Positions 1 to 12,520 of a stretch of 64,000 bases of DNA are shown here, piece by piece; the first letter of the stretch is position 1, and each line of letters begins with the position of its first letter. Both the position numbers and the translations under genes were made by a program. The DNA lies in the NCBI GenBank assembly GCA_028023455.1, contig JAQFVV010000011.1:310001-374000 (forward strand), in the 5' to 3' direction. The notes beneath the pieces are model-generated. The model saw nothing but the letters and a program-made list of their open reading frames with translations. It had not been told where the DNA came from and did no database searches. Origin of the DNA: Epiperipatus broadwayi (taxonomy: Eukaryota > Animalia > Onychophora).

Positions 1-539
1 TATATATGACACTACCATTTACATTCATTATCAAATACACAAATTGTAAATATTTTCCAAATTATGTGTAATAGTCCTGCTTGGGTATTCTTTTTAAAAA
101 AATTTTCTTTAAAAGAAAGATTGATGATTTAACTTAAGCAAAACTTTGAATATTAAAATCATCTGTTATTTTAATAAAGTCTTTCAGGAGGAAAGAAATG
201 TTTAAGAAGTCAAACAATTTTTCTTTTATCTTGAATATTTAAAAGCTACCATACTGAAATTCTAAAATTAAATCAAGTATTCTAAATCTAAATATTAAAT
301 ATAAATAAAATAAGTACCTAAAAATATATAAATGAAATTATAAATTGTCTGATAGATTGATTTATGGGAAATAAATTGTTACTCTATACAGATAGAATTA
401 CATTTGTCAAAAATAGGGGGAAATGCAAAAGAAACATATTATTTATATTTCCATTTATTTAAAGCATTAATATCAAGGATACTATTTATTTATACATTCA
501 TTACTTTATAATTCAATATGTCCATCATTCAATATATCT

Positions 540-656
540 ATCAGGTTGCCGATCTTAACTAGAGCTTATATTTGGAGTAGGACTTATATTATAAGCATCC
601 TCAAAAATCATGCTAGGGCTAACTTGGTTAAGTCTTATTGTGGGGAAAACATGGTA
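540..656 (-). mobile_element. Probable terminus of a pogo/Tigger-like (Tc1/mariner) DNA transposon
   Basis: Minus strand begins TA-CCATGTTTTCCCCACAATAAGAC, resembling the TACCGTATTTTCCC...ATAAG termini of pogo-like elements (from memory). No partner end was found. Confidence 0.4.
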
Positions 657-2008
657 GCAGTACTTTAACGCAGTTTCATGAAATTATTTACAAATTTTAA
701 TCCATCGTTAGAGTGATTGTTTTGTTAATGAAATATATTGATGGTTTCCTCTAAAGCATCTTGTATATTAATTGATTTTTCATTTCATAAAGCTACTCTT
801 TAAGTATTTTGTATAGGAATGATGGAATTCATATACTGCAGCCCCATTATGCACATTTTTTGCCTATGCACACTTAATGGATATTTTGCAGAATCATGGG
901 GCGGGGGGCATTGGATGTATTAAATTTTTTTATATAATTTTAGAATAGATTGTAAAAGAAATCTTAAGATTGCTTTTGCAGTAAATAATTTATGTATAAT
1001 ATCACTATGTATATTGATTATCTAAGAACAATGATATAAATTGAATGCATTCAAAAACTCAATGTCTAATGTATACATTTATATCTATTTTACTAATTTG
1101 TAATCATTATTTAATAATTGGTCACATTTGCTTCTAGGATGCATGTTCATATGTTTTGATATATAAATAAACTTCTTATTTATTACAAAGTACAAAATTA
1201 ACCTTCTGTTAAATATTGTTCACATATTTGACATACAACACCTTTCACCATTAGATTCTATTTAAAATATATTGATTCATCTAGTTAGAAATACAACTTT
1301 TACTTATTTTCATTCTCTTTTTACAGTCATTTTAAACTTCTTATTTCGTTATTGTTATAAAATTATTTTTATTTCTTATTCATCTTGCTCTTTCTCAACT
1401 CTCCTCTAAGTGTTCACTTTTTCTTTCTTTTCTTTGCATGTTTATCTATACCTTATACTATTTATTTATTTATTTTAATAACTCATGCTCTGAGCTGTTA
1501 GTCCAATAATGGTAATGATAACGTAAGAGCTAAAATTTCTGTGTTCATTTTCAACTAAGGAAACTAAAAAAAAATAATCTAGGGCAGTGGAGTGGAACTG
1601 ATACATATTTTCCCATTTTAATGCTTAATTTTTTTGAACAGCTGTTGTTAGGATAAGTATATGACAGAATTGTTTTTATTTTAAATACTTTTAATAAAAA
1701 AAAACAGCGTACTTGATATTCTGCTTTAAATTTTAGATATTGATAAATTATTTTGATTCCACTTATTGAATTGTTTTTAAGACAAGTGAAATCAGAATTA
1801 AATATTTTTTTGAAACAACGTTATTAAATGTTCAATGAATTTGCAAATTTTCAAAGATTTAATAATTGTTTTTAAAAGTTTGTGTATTTTGATTTATAAT
1901 TCCTTCATGCTTTCTTTGTTAAAAACATATTTTTATCACTTAATTAATTTTGTCTCATATATAATTATAGTTATGCAATTATATTGAAGATTTGAAATTT
2001 ATAATATA

Positions 2009-3090
2009 TGATGCGATGCACTGTGACTTCTCCTTTGTCGGAATCAGGAATCTCTCAGCCACTATGCCCACAGAAATTTGTTAGTCACCTTTCCTTTTCA
2101 TTTCCCATCCTATGTTTTTCCTATATATTTCTCTAACCTGCTCCATCCCATTTCCACAACATAAACTTTGTCAAGCTTTTATATCTAAATCCCCCTTATT
2201 TTTGTCCAAATCCAGCATAAAAACCAATAACCCTCTTTCTATATAATTACTTTGTTTATATTTATTCTCTTACAACTTCATTATTTGTACCCTTTATGCA
2301 TGCAGGCATTTACATTCAATTAACAGATACCTAATATTTTCTATACTTTCCTTTCATAATTGCAAACTAACTCATCCATATTTTTTCATTTATGTGTATA
2401 TTCCTTTATTGCTAAAGATATCTTGTTCAAGCCTTAAACAGTAAACCACTTTGCTTGCTATTATCATAAATTAACTCACTCCCAATATTCTGTTTACTTC
2501 TATATATATTTAAACTCTTTTTACTTTCCATACTAATTCTCCATCTCTCCAACTATCTATTTTTTATTAATATATCTATTCTTCTACCCCATTCCTTGCC
2601 ACTATAACACCCAACAATCCTAACACAATCATCCCATCTTTTGTATAAGTATACTGACATAAATTCTTATCCAAATCTTCTGCATACCATACTACCTTTT
2701 TCACCACTCTTGTTGCCTGTCCTTTTCTCATAACCCAATTAAATACTATTTTGGTTATTCCCTTATTATTGCAATCTACTGAATATTTTCATTTTGCTCA
2801 TATAAAAACTTGACCATCCCATTTTCCCTTGAATTGTCTCCTTTGCCATACACTCATCTGCATCTAATTCATATCTTCACACTTCTCTTTCACCCCTTTA
2901 TTAACACATAACACATCATTACTATGTGTTAATCCTGCTATTGCCACTCCCATACAAATCTAGCTACATCATATTTATTATATGAAAACTCTGTTAATTT
3001 CTTTATCAATCCCTTTCTTTTCTTTGCTTCGTCAATTTTGAGTCAGAACATTAAAGCTCCCTCTATTGAACCCATTGTAAAATAGATATT
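2009..3090 (-). mobile_element. Decayed 3' fragment of a non-LTR retrotransposon (family H) with a (CATCA)n-type tail
   Basis: Interrupted minus-strand translation gives ..KKSLNIYRSKQNIGSELIYDNSKQSGLLFKA..YLLIECK, similar to LINE ORF2 C-terminal/zinc-knuckle regions. The 3' UTR matches 16850-17078 and 44519-44574. Confidence 0.65.
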
Positions 3091-3659
3091 GGGTAATATC
3101 TATAATAGCTAACTTCTGAATTGTAAACTTAGATAATACACAATGATTCTGTGATTGTCATAGATACCATTCACAAGATGGCTTATATATATATGCCATC
3201 CAATCTTTTTTAGTGAGTTTAATAAAAATTGTTTATTATTCTTGGGCTTTTATGTGTTGGGTATAAATGTAAATAATTAATAAGACTAGTTCTGTCTGGT
3301 TTACTAACGTGATTAAAAACTAGAATTCATATTTATAAATGACAGTCAGTCTTTGTCATTTCTGATATTTACATAACATATGAATTTCTGAGCAATAACT
3401 ATTCAATTATTATTATTAAAGAATATTTTTTAAAAATTATGTTTAGTATGTATGAAGTTAACTGAAATACCCTTTTGTTTCAAATTAAATTATTAAATAC
3501 TTTAAAATTTTTGAAAACATTAAAATTTGTTTTCTGTAATATTGCAACATTATAACCCTACAATTGATTATGTCTTTATTAAGTACTTTAGAATATATAT
3601 TTATTATTGTGTAATTTAATTTTTTTAGTTTAATTCTCTTTAGTCTTAATTCTATCTAT

Positions 3660-5340
3660 AAGATGGGTCCACTGAACCTACAATCTTATTTCCATTTTCA
3701 GTTGTGATAACTTTCATTTTAAAAAATTTATTATAAACTAATGTTTTATTATTTGTATTAGTCTAATTTATTATTTTTAGATTAATTTTATTTAGAAATA
3801 TGCGGTACAGTTTCTATAAAATTATCACTGTAGACTATTAAATGGGTCCACTGGACTCATTTTAATTTAGTATCATTTGGTTAGAAGTTTGATACAAAAA
3901 TCATCTAATTTGAAGCATGGAACATTGTTTTGATTTTTTATAATAGTTCTCTGACTATACTCATAGTGTGCTGTAGTTCAGAAAAATCGGATTACAAATA
4001 ATAACATTATATAATATAGACATTTATATATTGCAATATATATTTTGGATACTAATAAATATTATCATTTTGATAATTTCAATTTCTCTACAATATATAA
4101 AAAATTTAGTTTTCTTTTTTAAATGGAAAATCATAGACCTCTAAAACCCAAAGACTAATGAATTTTTCTTGGAAGAAACGAGCAATATCGAATATAGTGG
4201 CAGTCATGTTTCTTGAAAAGGTGGCAAGGAATATAACAATGCAGTAGCTATGGTAACAAATGCTGACACTGATGTCAAAAGACCCAAATTTAAATAGAAG
4301 ATATTACAAAATCTAGAGACACGGATTAAAAAACATAAAACTAAATATAAGGTCGAAACATGGACTTAACATGAGACAATTGTCATATGAATGAGGAAAA
4401 GCAGGTACTACACATTTTGCAAATTGAGAAATTGAACCCTTCACTTGTTCATGTTTTATATTTTTCCACAACCCATTCATGGAAATCATCATAAACTAGA
4501 CAAATGAAGATCAAGGAATTTATACAGATAACTGGAAGAAAACAGTCATTACTAAACTAAAAATGTTTGTTGAGTGTCTAATCTTAATTGATGTTTATAA
4601 AACAAAAGAAAAAAAAAGAAATTTCATAACTGTGGTGTTTAAGAGGTCGATGTAAAATTTTCAATGATATAATGATCCAAAAATAGATTTCAAATTATAT
4701 TACAAACATTTAGGTTTTATAGGGCTGTAGAAAGATGCAGAAAATGAACTACAGCTAAACTGCAGCTTATTAAGCAATGTTTTGAGCAGTGGAATCATAC
4801 CTCCCAAGATGCATATGTTCAAAATTAGAATATGATTGTAGATGAACAATTTGTGATTTTTTATTCAAACAATATATTCCATTAAAATCTAAGCAATACA
4901 AAGTAAAAATTTTGAGTAATTAGTAATATTATTATATTATATGTATGAAAGTTTGAGGTATATACCAGTAAAAATTAATGATCAGTCAAAAGTATGTCTG
5001 GTCATAAAGTCTTTGATAATTATTTTGCTTTCTATTCTCTTGATAAATATTTGTTTTCAAAACAGTTCATATTCTGAACACCATATGCAAAAATAAGGCA
5101 TTTATTTCATTAATCCAAAAGTTAGAGAAATATATTCAATATTATTTGGATTTTAAAAAGATGCAACTGTAGTTTTATACTGTCCTAAAAAACTGTCATC
5201 TTGTTATCCATTGTGCACCATGATAGAAAAGTAAGTGCTGGTTTTAAGAAATTCCTGAAATTATACAGTTGTAGATTCTATGGACTGGATGATAAAAACT
5301 TGCAGTGTCAAAATAATAACAAAATGATATATGTATGAAT
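3660..5340 (+). pseudogene. Degraded piggyBac (PGBD4-like) transposase relic
   Basis: Broken-frame motifs VDEQFV..FKQYIPLKSKQYKVKI (~4840-4910), EVYTSK, DNYF, and KDATVVLYCPKK..VILLSIVHHD..KKFPEI..VDSMDWMIKTCSVK (~5150-5310). The motif ATGGGTCCACTG is repeated at ~3663 and ~3842. Termini are not resolved. Confidence 0.75.
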
Positions 5341-5451
5341 GTTTCTAAATGGCAGTGAAAAAAGAAGAAACTGTCTGCGGGAGCTAGAAAATAATACAAA
5401 ACTACTACAACATCACATACTCATTATTTTCTATGCTTACACAGGGTGTTA

Positions 5452-5675
5452 AAACACTAGCCAACTTTTTTTCCATATGTCATAGCATTGACCGGGAGGT
5501 GAACCCACAACTGTCTGCAACCAACTACTTGCTTGCAAGGCAGTTGCGATGAACGTTTGACAACAATAGCCAACTTTTCATACAGTAGTGCCACTGAGTA
5601 TACAAGTCATAGTAATCAATTTATGTTAGATGGCTGGCACTAGGTGACACTACTGTACAAAAAGTTGGCTAGTGC
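5452..5675. mobile_element. Fold-back remnant of the family A 3' tail, interrupted by a tRNA-Gly SINE
   Basis: cactagccaactttt(SINE)catacagtagtg...cactactgtacaaaaagttggctagtg is an inverted pair. The arm matches the family A tail (compare 12650-12695). Confidence 0.65.
5470..5566 (-). mobile_element. tRNA-Gly-derived short SINE (family C, TGC subtype)
   Basis: tRNA-like body followed by tatgacatatgg-polyA, with a 12-bp TSD tagccaactttt at 5458-5469 and 5567-5578. Confidence 0.8.
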
Positions 5676-6589
5676 ATCACATCACATCACATTAGTGTTG
5701 AAATAATACAAAGAGAGTGAAATAAATAAAACATCTAAAAATAGAGGAACCTACACAAAAAACCCACTGTAATATCTATCCCTCAAAAAAAAAAAAAAAA
5801 AAGGTGGCAGGGGGGGAGCGAAAACAAATATAACAAAAATGTATGCTGGGAAGATTCATATTGTGTTTTAAAGGTGTTACTTTATGTTTACTAATATGTT
5901 AATTCTGGTTTATTTTTTAATAAATAATCAGATTTAGATCATAAGTAATGAACCAAGGATTAAACATCACCTAATTGGGTTTTTTTTAAAATAATGCTTC
6001 CCTATGATTTCATCTTTAATAAATTTTTAATTGAAGTCATATGTTTTAAAATCTAATATCTTAAGTGTGGTGATAGTAATTTTTACTTTAAATGTTATTT
6101 TTTCAAATATTAACTTGTTATGGAATAAATTAACAAGTGAAAAAAAAAACCATTTCCTTTTTTAAAATTGATGAATAAATATTAAATACGGAAGACAGTT
6201 CTTTTTTTAATTTTTTTTTAAAACTTAAAATGTATATATTATAATGATATATGCAAATATATTAGAGATAGAATATAAAAAAAAACATTATTTTGTATCT
6301 GTCTTTGGACAAAATGATTATAATATATAATTTGCATATTTATATAGACAGTGAAAATCAGAAATTTACAACCAGTTCCGGTATTGTTATTGTCTTTATC
6401 TTGAGAATATACAACAGAAGCTATATTCACATGATCACTATCTCATACTAGCACATAATTGTTATTAAACAATTCAAAACAAAGCAAAACTCTCCATATA
6501 GTAGTGCCATTTTGTGCTAACAAGAGCAAGCTATGGATGCCAGAAGGCTTGTGCATAAAATCCCTATCTAGGTCCTACTCATCCAATAT

Positions 6590-6629
6590 CCCCACTGATG
6601 AAGGCCAAAAGCCAGAAACTAGTTTGGGG
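6590..6629 (+). ncRNA. Minimal type I hammerhead ribozyme, family A
   Basis: cccca CTGATGA a GGC caaaa GCC a GAAA C ta G TT | tgggg. Stem III carries the palindrome ACTAGT; predicted cleavage is after 6624. Confidence 0.8.
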
Positions 6630-7054
6630 ATATTGGATGAGTAGGCACTAGATAGGGATTTTATGCACAAGCCTTCTGACATCCATTGATTGCTCTTGTT
6701 AGCACAAAATGGCACTACTATATGGAGAGTTTTGCTTTGTTTTGAATTGTTTAATAACAATTACGTGCTAGTATGAGATAGTGATCATGTGATGTTTAGT
6801 GGATTAACACCAATCCTGCCTAATAGGATAGTGGTGGCTATGGTTGTTAAAGAGCCAAAGACACCAAAATGTATGGGTGCTGAATTGAGTTCAGACCCAT
6901 ATGACTATATAAGATATTGAGCTTGGATTGAAAATATTAATTGGATTTTCAATTTCATTCTCATAGTTTTGTAGTTAAATAGAGTTAAAAGGTGGGTGCT
7001 GGAGGGTTGCATTAGATCCTAAGATCTAGGTGCAGTGCTCTCAGATCCAAGGCT

Positions 7055-7094
7055 CCTCACTGATGAAGGCCAAAAGCCAGAAACTAGTCTGGGA
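7055..7094 (+). ncRNA. Minimal type I hammerhead ribozyme, family A
   Basis: cctca CTGATGA a GGC caaaa GCC a GAAA C ta G TC | tggga. GUC cleavage is predicted after 7089. Confidence 0.85.
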
Positions 7095-9868
7095 ATATTG
7101 GATGAGTAGGCACTAGATAGGGATTTTATGCACAAGCCTTCTGGCAACCATTGATTGATTGTTTTTGTTAGCACAAGGTGGCACTACTATATGGAGAGTT
7201 TTGCTTTGTTTTGAGAAGCTATATTCTATAGAAAATGAAACAAAGTAGATAAAGTAATTGCTGATTAAAGCAAAGAGGTTCAAATTGCAGCTTTAATGAA
7301 AATATAAAGTCTTTTTTTGTTTTTTAGAAGATTTCTCTACATTTCAACCACATCTTATTGTTTTATTAAGGATGCATATTATTAAATAATAAAATATGAT
7401 TATTATTTTTACATTTTCATATATTTGATAACAAAACCCTTGATAAAACCCCTAAGATATGTAATAAAAAATTTAGCATAATGATTAATCTCATGACTGA
7501 AATATAGAGTTTGAATATCTAAGAGTATAAACTTGATAAGGACCATAAGATATGGATGAAATCGGAATGAAAAATGTTGTAAAAACTTATATAATTGGAT
7601 AATAATAAAACAAATTTTATAAGAAGAAGTGAACAAAGAATTTTTGATACAATATTTATGAATGGATGAATCATTATTAGTTATGAAAAGAAATTGTATA
7701 ATTTTAATAATACTGTTATTTTAAATGTTTTTATTATGAAAATTGACTTAAAAATCTGCACGAGATTTTATCAGGTGATCAATTTATACAATTTCACAAG
7801 ATACTTAATCAGTTTTTAAAGAGAGAGTGTATCATAAATGTTGAAATGTACAGATAGAATATGGATATCTGTATTTCAACAATTTCTACCAACTAGACAA
7901 AATTGTAAGAGGCTCTTTACATTTTCAGTGACACCAGATTTTATTATTTTAGCATGAATTAGAATTTACTTCTGGCATTTTTTTTAAATTTAAATTTGAA
8001 TACACACACTAAAATATATATACTTACTCTCTTTAAAATATCTATAAAATAATACTGTTTCATTGAAATAAGTACTATATTGGTATTTTTTAAAATCAGT
8101 TTTATTTCTTCTTTAAAAACTTATTTGTAGTTATATGAAGTAAACAAAACCATTTTTAATGGAATATTGTGGGAGGAGTGCTTATCTCTAAATTTGTTGA
8201 TATGAAGTTGCAATAGTCAGTGTTTAAAAATAGATGTCAATAAAGCCTGTTTAGTTATTTGATTGTATAAAAATAAATCTACAGAATATATTTTTAAGTT
8301 TTGACTAGCATGTGGCTATTTTAAAAAATGGACGTTTTATAATGAAAGGAGAAGTATATTGTTGAATTATTCTCAGTCTGCCAAAGTTATTAATTTGGGA
8401 AAGCTCATAAACCAGAGATCAGATTAAAGATATTGTATCTCCATATATATATATTTATAGTAATGTTAATTGTAAAAAGTCTTGTAGATAAAATTACGAT
8501 AAGTTGAGTAATAATAAAGAAAAAGGTTACCAAGATGTTAGATGAATTGAAGTGATTATAGGGGAATTGTAAGGGAGAGGATAGAAGGGTTTGAGAATAT
8601 TAGTTGATACTTATAATGTAATTTTGATTAATAAGATTGGTCAGTAGATTTTTTTTGTAGCATTTGTTATTCACTAGAGAATAGGCTTGATGGAACAGAT
8701 TACGAATATTTTAGAGCAATTAGGATAATTCTATGTCATGTTGTTTTGGAGAGATATTTCTAAAAGAATAAACTTTTTTATCTGAATAACAGTATGGATT
8801 TAAAAAAAATAAAAGGAATATGAAATGCAACTAGATCAATAAGGATAACCATTTAAAGACACATGGGAAAAATATAGTTATACTTGTCTCATAGGTATTG
8901 TAAAATGAAATGATTTGTATCATTTTATTAGATATTGTAAAGAAGAAAAATATAAATTGGAAGGAAAAAAATTGAAGATATTTTGCACGATTGCAGTTTT
9001 TTTTTTTTTTCAGAATAAATAGTTATAGAAAGTTATAAACAGGGGTGGCATGTTCTGAGTTGTTAAACAATTGTCATAATAAGTTTGGGAAAGGCAGATC
9101 ATTGTATCGGGTTTGCTGCATATAGTGAGAATGTTATAATGGATGGATGGAATTTGTAAAAAGATTAGAATGAGAATAAATATAACTAAAATCAAATTAA
9201 TAAAAATAGATAGTAATAAGAAAAGATTAAAGAATGAATACGGAGTTATAAAGCAGGTTAGTGTTTTTAAATGCAAATGGTAGTAAAGAAATTATAGTGA
9301 AGGAGATAACCTGTATGGAGTAGTGTATGGGTAGAGTGACAGTTGCTAAAACTTAAGGTCTATGAATTGCCATTTAATTACATCACTTCCTGTGCCCAAA
9401 TTACAAGTGAATTTTCATGAGAATTCCCGGATAACAAATTATTTGATTGTTTATTTAATAGTAGAAATTTTTTTTGCTTTATGCATAACAGAGATTTAAA
9501 TACTTTAAAAAACAAGATCAGAGGTTATAGTGAAAGAGAATTGGAAAGATAAATTAGAAAGAAACAAGTTGAAAAGAATATTTATTGAAAAAACTAAGAA
9601 GAAGAATTATGTTACCATATATTTACTAAATACATTCCAATGTCTCTGCAAACGTTCACCAATTTATTATTTTAAAAATTTATTTTATTTGAATCAAAAT
9701 TATTAATATCATTTGTTGCCCAATGCTTCAACCATTACCTATGATCATTTTCAAAGATCTTCTAACTAAAAAATGTAGAAAATAAAGTATATATCTTTGA
9801 TACATAATATGTGGGTGTGCATTAAGTAATCACACTATGTATACCTATGTTTCATTACATATTCTACC

Positions 9869-9985
9869 CTGTGCAGTTTGGCACAGTGGGTAGAGCATCC
9901 GACATGGGTTCGGGAAGTACCAGGATCAATTTTGGCACTCAAACTTTTTATGAACTCCAGAGCAATAAAATCATATTTTTTTTAT
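9869..9985 (+). mobile_element. tRNA-derived SINE (family D)
   Basis: A-box-like TGGCACAGTGG and degenerate B-box CAGGATCAATT, then a tail (tgaactccagagcaataaaa) shared with 24455-24650. Confidence 0.55.
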
Positions 9986-10134
9986 TACATATTCTTACTA
10001 TATTTATAGATAAGAGCACAATAAAATTATAACTTTAAAAATTATGACTTTAAAACCATTATGATAATATTGCAAGTGGTTGATATATATGAGATGTTTC
10101 AAAAATGTATAAGATTTTTATTTTTTTTTTGTAT

Positions 10135-10517
10135 TTAAAGGGGATCTAAACTCAGACTTTCAAGTCTTCTTTAGCCATCCACTCCATCTTATATAACCAA
10201 TACACATGATACATACATATGAAAAAGATAAATGATTTCCAACATCATATTTCATGTTGAAACAGCACACATCAGTTGATCCAGGGCATCATTTCCCATA
10301 CATATATAATCAGTTCTCTCTTATTATAAACTGAACATTGATTATATATATGTACGAGATGATGATCGGGACTAACTGATGAATGCCAGTTCAGCACGAA
10401 ATACGATGTTGGAGATCATTTATCTTTTTTACATTTGTGTGGTCATGTGTATCGGTTAGATAAGATAGAGTGGATGGTTGAAGAAGGTTTGAAAATCTAA
10501 GTTTAGATCTCCTTTAA
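10135..10517. mobile_element. Family B palindrome (two inverted copies) with degenerate HHRs
   Basis: ttaaaggggatctaaac...gtttagatctcctttaa; the arms switch near 10318. The right arm has CTGATGA atgc..gcac GAAA tacg at 10376-10405. Confidence 0.85.
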
Positions 10518-11161
10518 TTACATCTTAAAAATTCGATATTTCCAATATACTAGTATTGATTTATTTTTTATATTTTCTAATTAAAAGACTCTTGACAATG
10601 ACCATATATATGCAATGACTGTAATATTGAGCAAAAAAAATGTGTTAATGATTTTGATTCAAATAAAATAATTGTTTCCTAAAAGAATAAATTAGTGATT
10701 GTTTGTAGAGATATTGGAATATAGATTAAATTTTAAAAAGATATATATATATATGGTGAAGATATTAGATACGTAAAGGCTAGCGCATGTGCATTGGCTT
10801 AATCGCTAATATCACTATTACATAAAAAAACATAGCGCTATATAAAATAATATCTAATTATAGACATGATGGAAAAAACTGTGTAGGAAAGAGCTAAGAG
10901 ATAGAAAAAAGGACATAATATTATGGAAAGAGATATTTATGAATTTTGGAAAACAGCAAATGATAGAAATGCTTAGTAAAAATTAACCTGGCTTGAAATA
11001 ATTATATATAATTATTTTTTTAAAAGTTAAAATATTTGTATATATATATATAAGCTGAAGATAACATTTAGATTAAGAGATGCATAAATTGTTTCTTGCT
11101 GTAAACATTGTGATGAATTGGAGGAGAGATTGGTGACACGATAACCCTTTTCTATGCTTAT

Positions 11162-11269
11162 TCAATCTGTTAAACAGTAGCAAAATCTCCATGCAGTAGC
11201 ATCACCCAGTGCTTCCATTGATTACTATGTCTTGCACTAGTTGGCGCTATTGTATGAAGATTTTGCTAC
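11162..11269. mobile_element. Short fold-back of the family A tail
   Basis: agtagcaaaatctccatgcagtag...ctattgtatgaagattttgctact, with a possible 7-bp TSD tgcttat at 11155 and 11270. Confidence 0.6.
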
Positions 11270-11867
11270 TGCTTATGTCTTTTATAATGATACTTTTCAG
11301 AGACAATATAATCACTTTTAAATGATCTGTACTCTGTGAATATTATGTGGATTTAAAAGATATGTTATACATCTTTATATATATATAGAGAGAGAAATGA
11401 ATTAATTATGACTTCATTATTACTTAGAATGGGTGTATTAGGACAGAGGCGATTTTAATTATTTTCTTATAATTACAGTATAGAAAAATAATGGTTTCTG
11501 CTAATTAAAACATCATTATTCTAACTAGAAATTTGATTAATTTATTATTAATTTACTAAGAAAATGACCAGCTTACCATTTATAATTTATTCTGATGAAA
11601 TAATTATAAAAATAATAATAACAAAAAAACAAACAAACAACTAATTGCTACACTATAATCTTTAAGAATTTATATGTGTGTATGATATATATATATATAT
11701 GAATTACAGCTAAATTAGAATCTTTGCATATTTAATAAAATACCAGTTATATTTCAATAATATGAAAATGCTTACACATGTTGGGATATTACATGAAAGA
11801 TATTGTAATATTCATTAAAACAAATGTTGAAATAATGTTAATTATAATCTACAAGTTAGAATATCTG

Positions 11868-11972
11868 TCAAGCATTGGTGGTCGAGAGGTCAGCGACGGC
11901 TACTTTACAAGCAGTTGTCCCGGGTTAGCGGGTTGCTTCCCGGCTGATGCTATGACACATGAGAAAAAAAAA
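11868..11972 (+). mobile_element. tRNA-Gly-derived SINE (family C, TAC subtype)
   Basis: gcattggtggtc...cccggctgatgc, then tatgacacatg-polyA. 15-bp TSD aagttagaatatctg at 11853-11867 and 11973-11987. Confidence 0.85.
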
Positions 11973-12520
11973 AAGTTAGAATATCTGGGAGCTCTCTTGA
12001 AAGTTCATATAACCAATTCTTGAATGCCAATGTCTGATTCTTAAACTAACATCAATTTCAGCTTTTTAAATGAAATAATTTACAATTGATTGTATTATCA
12101 AATTGTTTTAAATAAAAATTTACAAATATATGTCATAAAAATCAATAATTCACATTAAAAAGTTTTTTTTTTTATCATGCATGTATGAATAACAAATAAT
12201 TCTTTAATGAGAATTATTGATTATTATAGTTTACAAAAATTATAGTAAACTACAAAGGCATAAAAACGCATCACATTTCTTAATTGAACAATATATATAT
12301 ATTGTTCTTTTCAGCTGCAGTAAATTGTTTTTGATGCATTCTTACAATTTTTTTCCAAATTACTGTAAAAATAAAAATAAATACTAAAAAAAAGTAGGAA
12401 GTGAGATTTTTATGACCTTATCTAGAATGACTAGCCAGCAGCTTTTTTAAAAACCTTTAGGAGATTATTATTGTATTCTTTTAGAAATAAATATATTGTC
12501 TTTATTTAACTTTTTATCTT

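Larger units (their letters stand above)
6429..7213 (+). mobile_element. Family A HHR element: inverted arm plus tandem ~465-nt monomers
   Basis: Arms 6427-6594 and 6625-6792 are 168-bp inverted repeats with 6 mismatches. There are two HHR cores (6595, 7060) and a 13-bp TSD agaagctatattc at 6416-6428 and 7214-7226. Confidence 0.9.

Noticed and set aside
6459-6760. Paired 61-aa ORFs on opposite strands
   Set aside because: An artefact of the 168-bp inverted repeat; both start at non-ATG codons.
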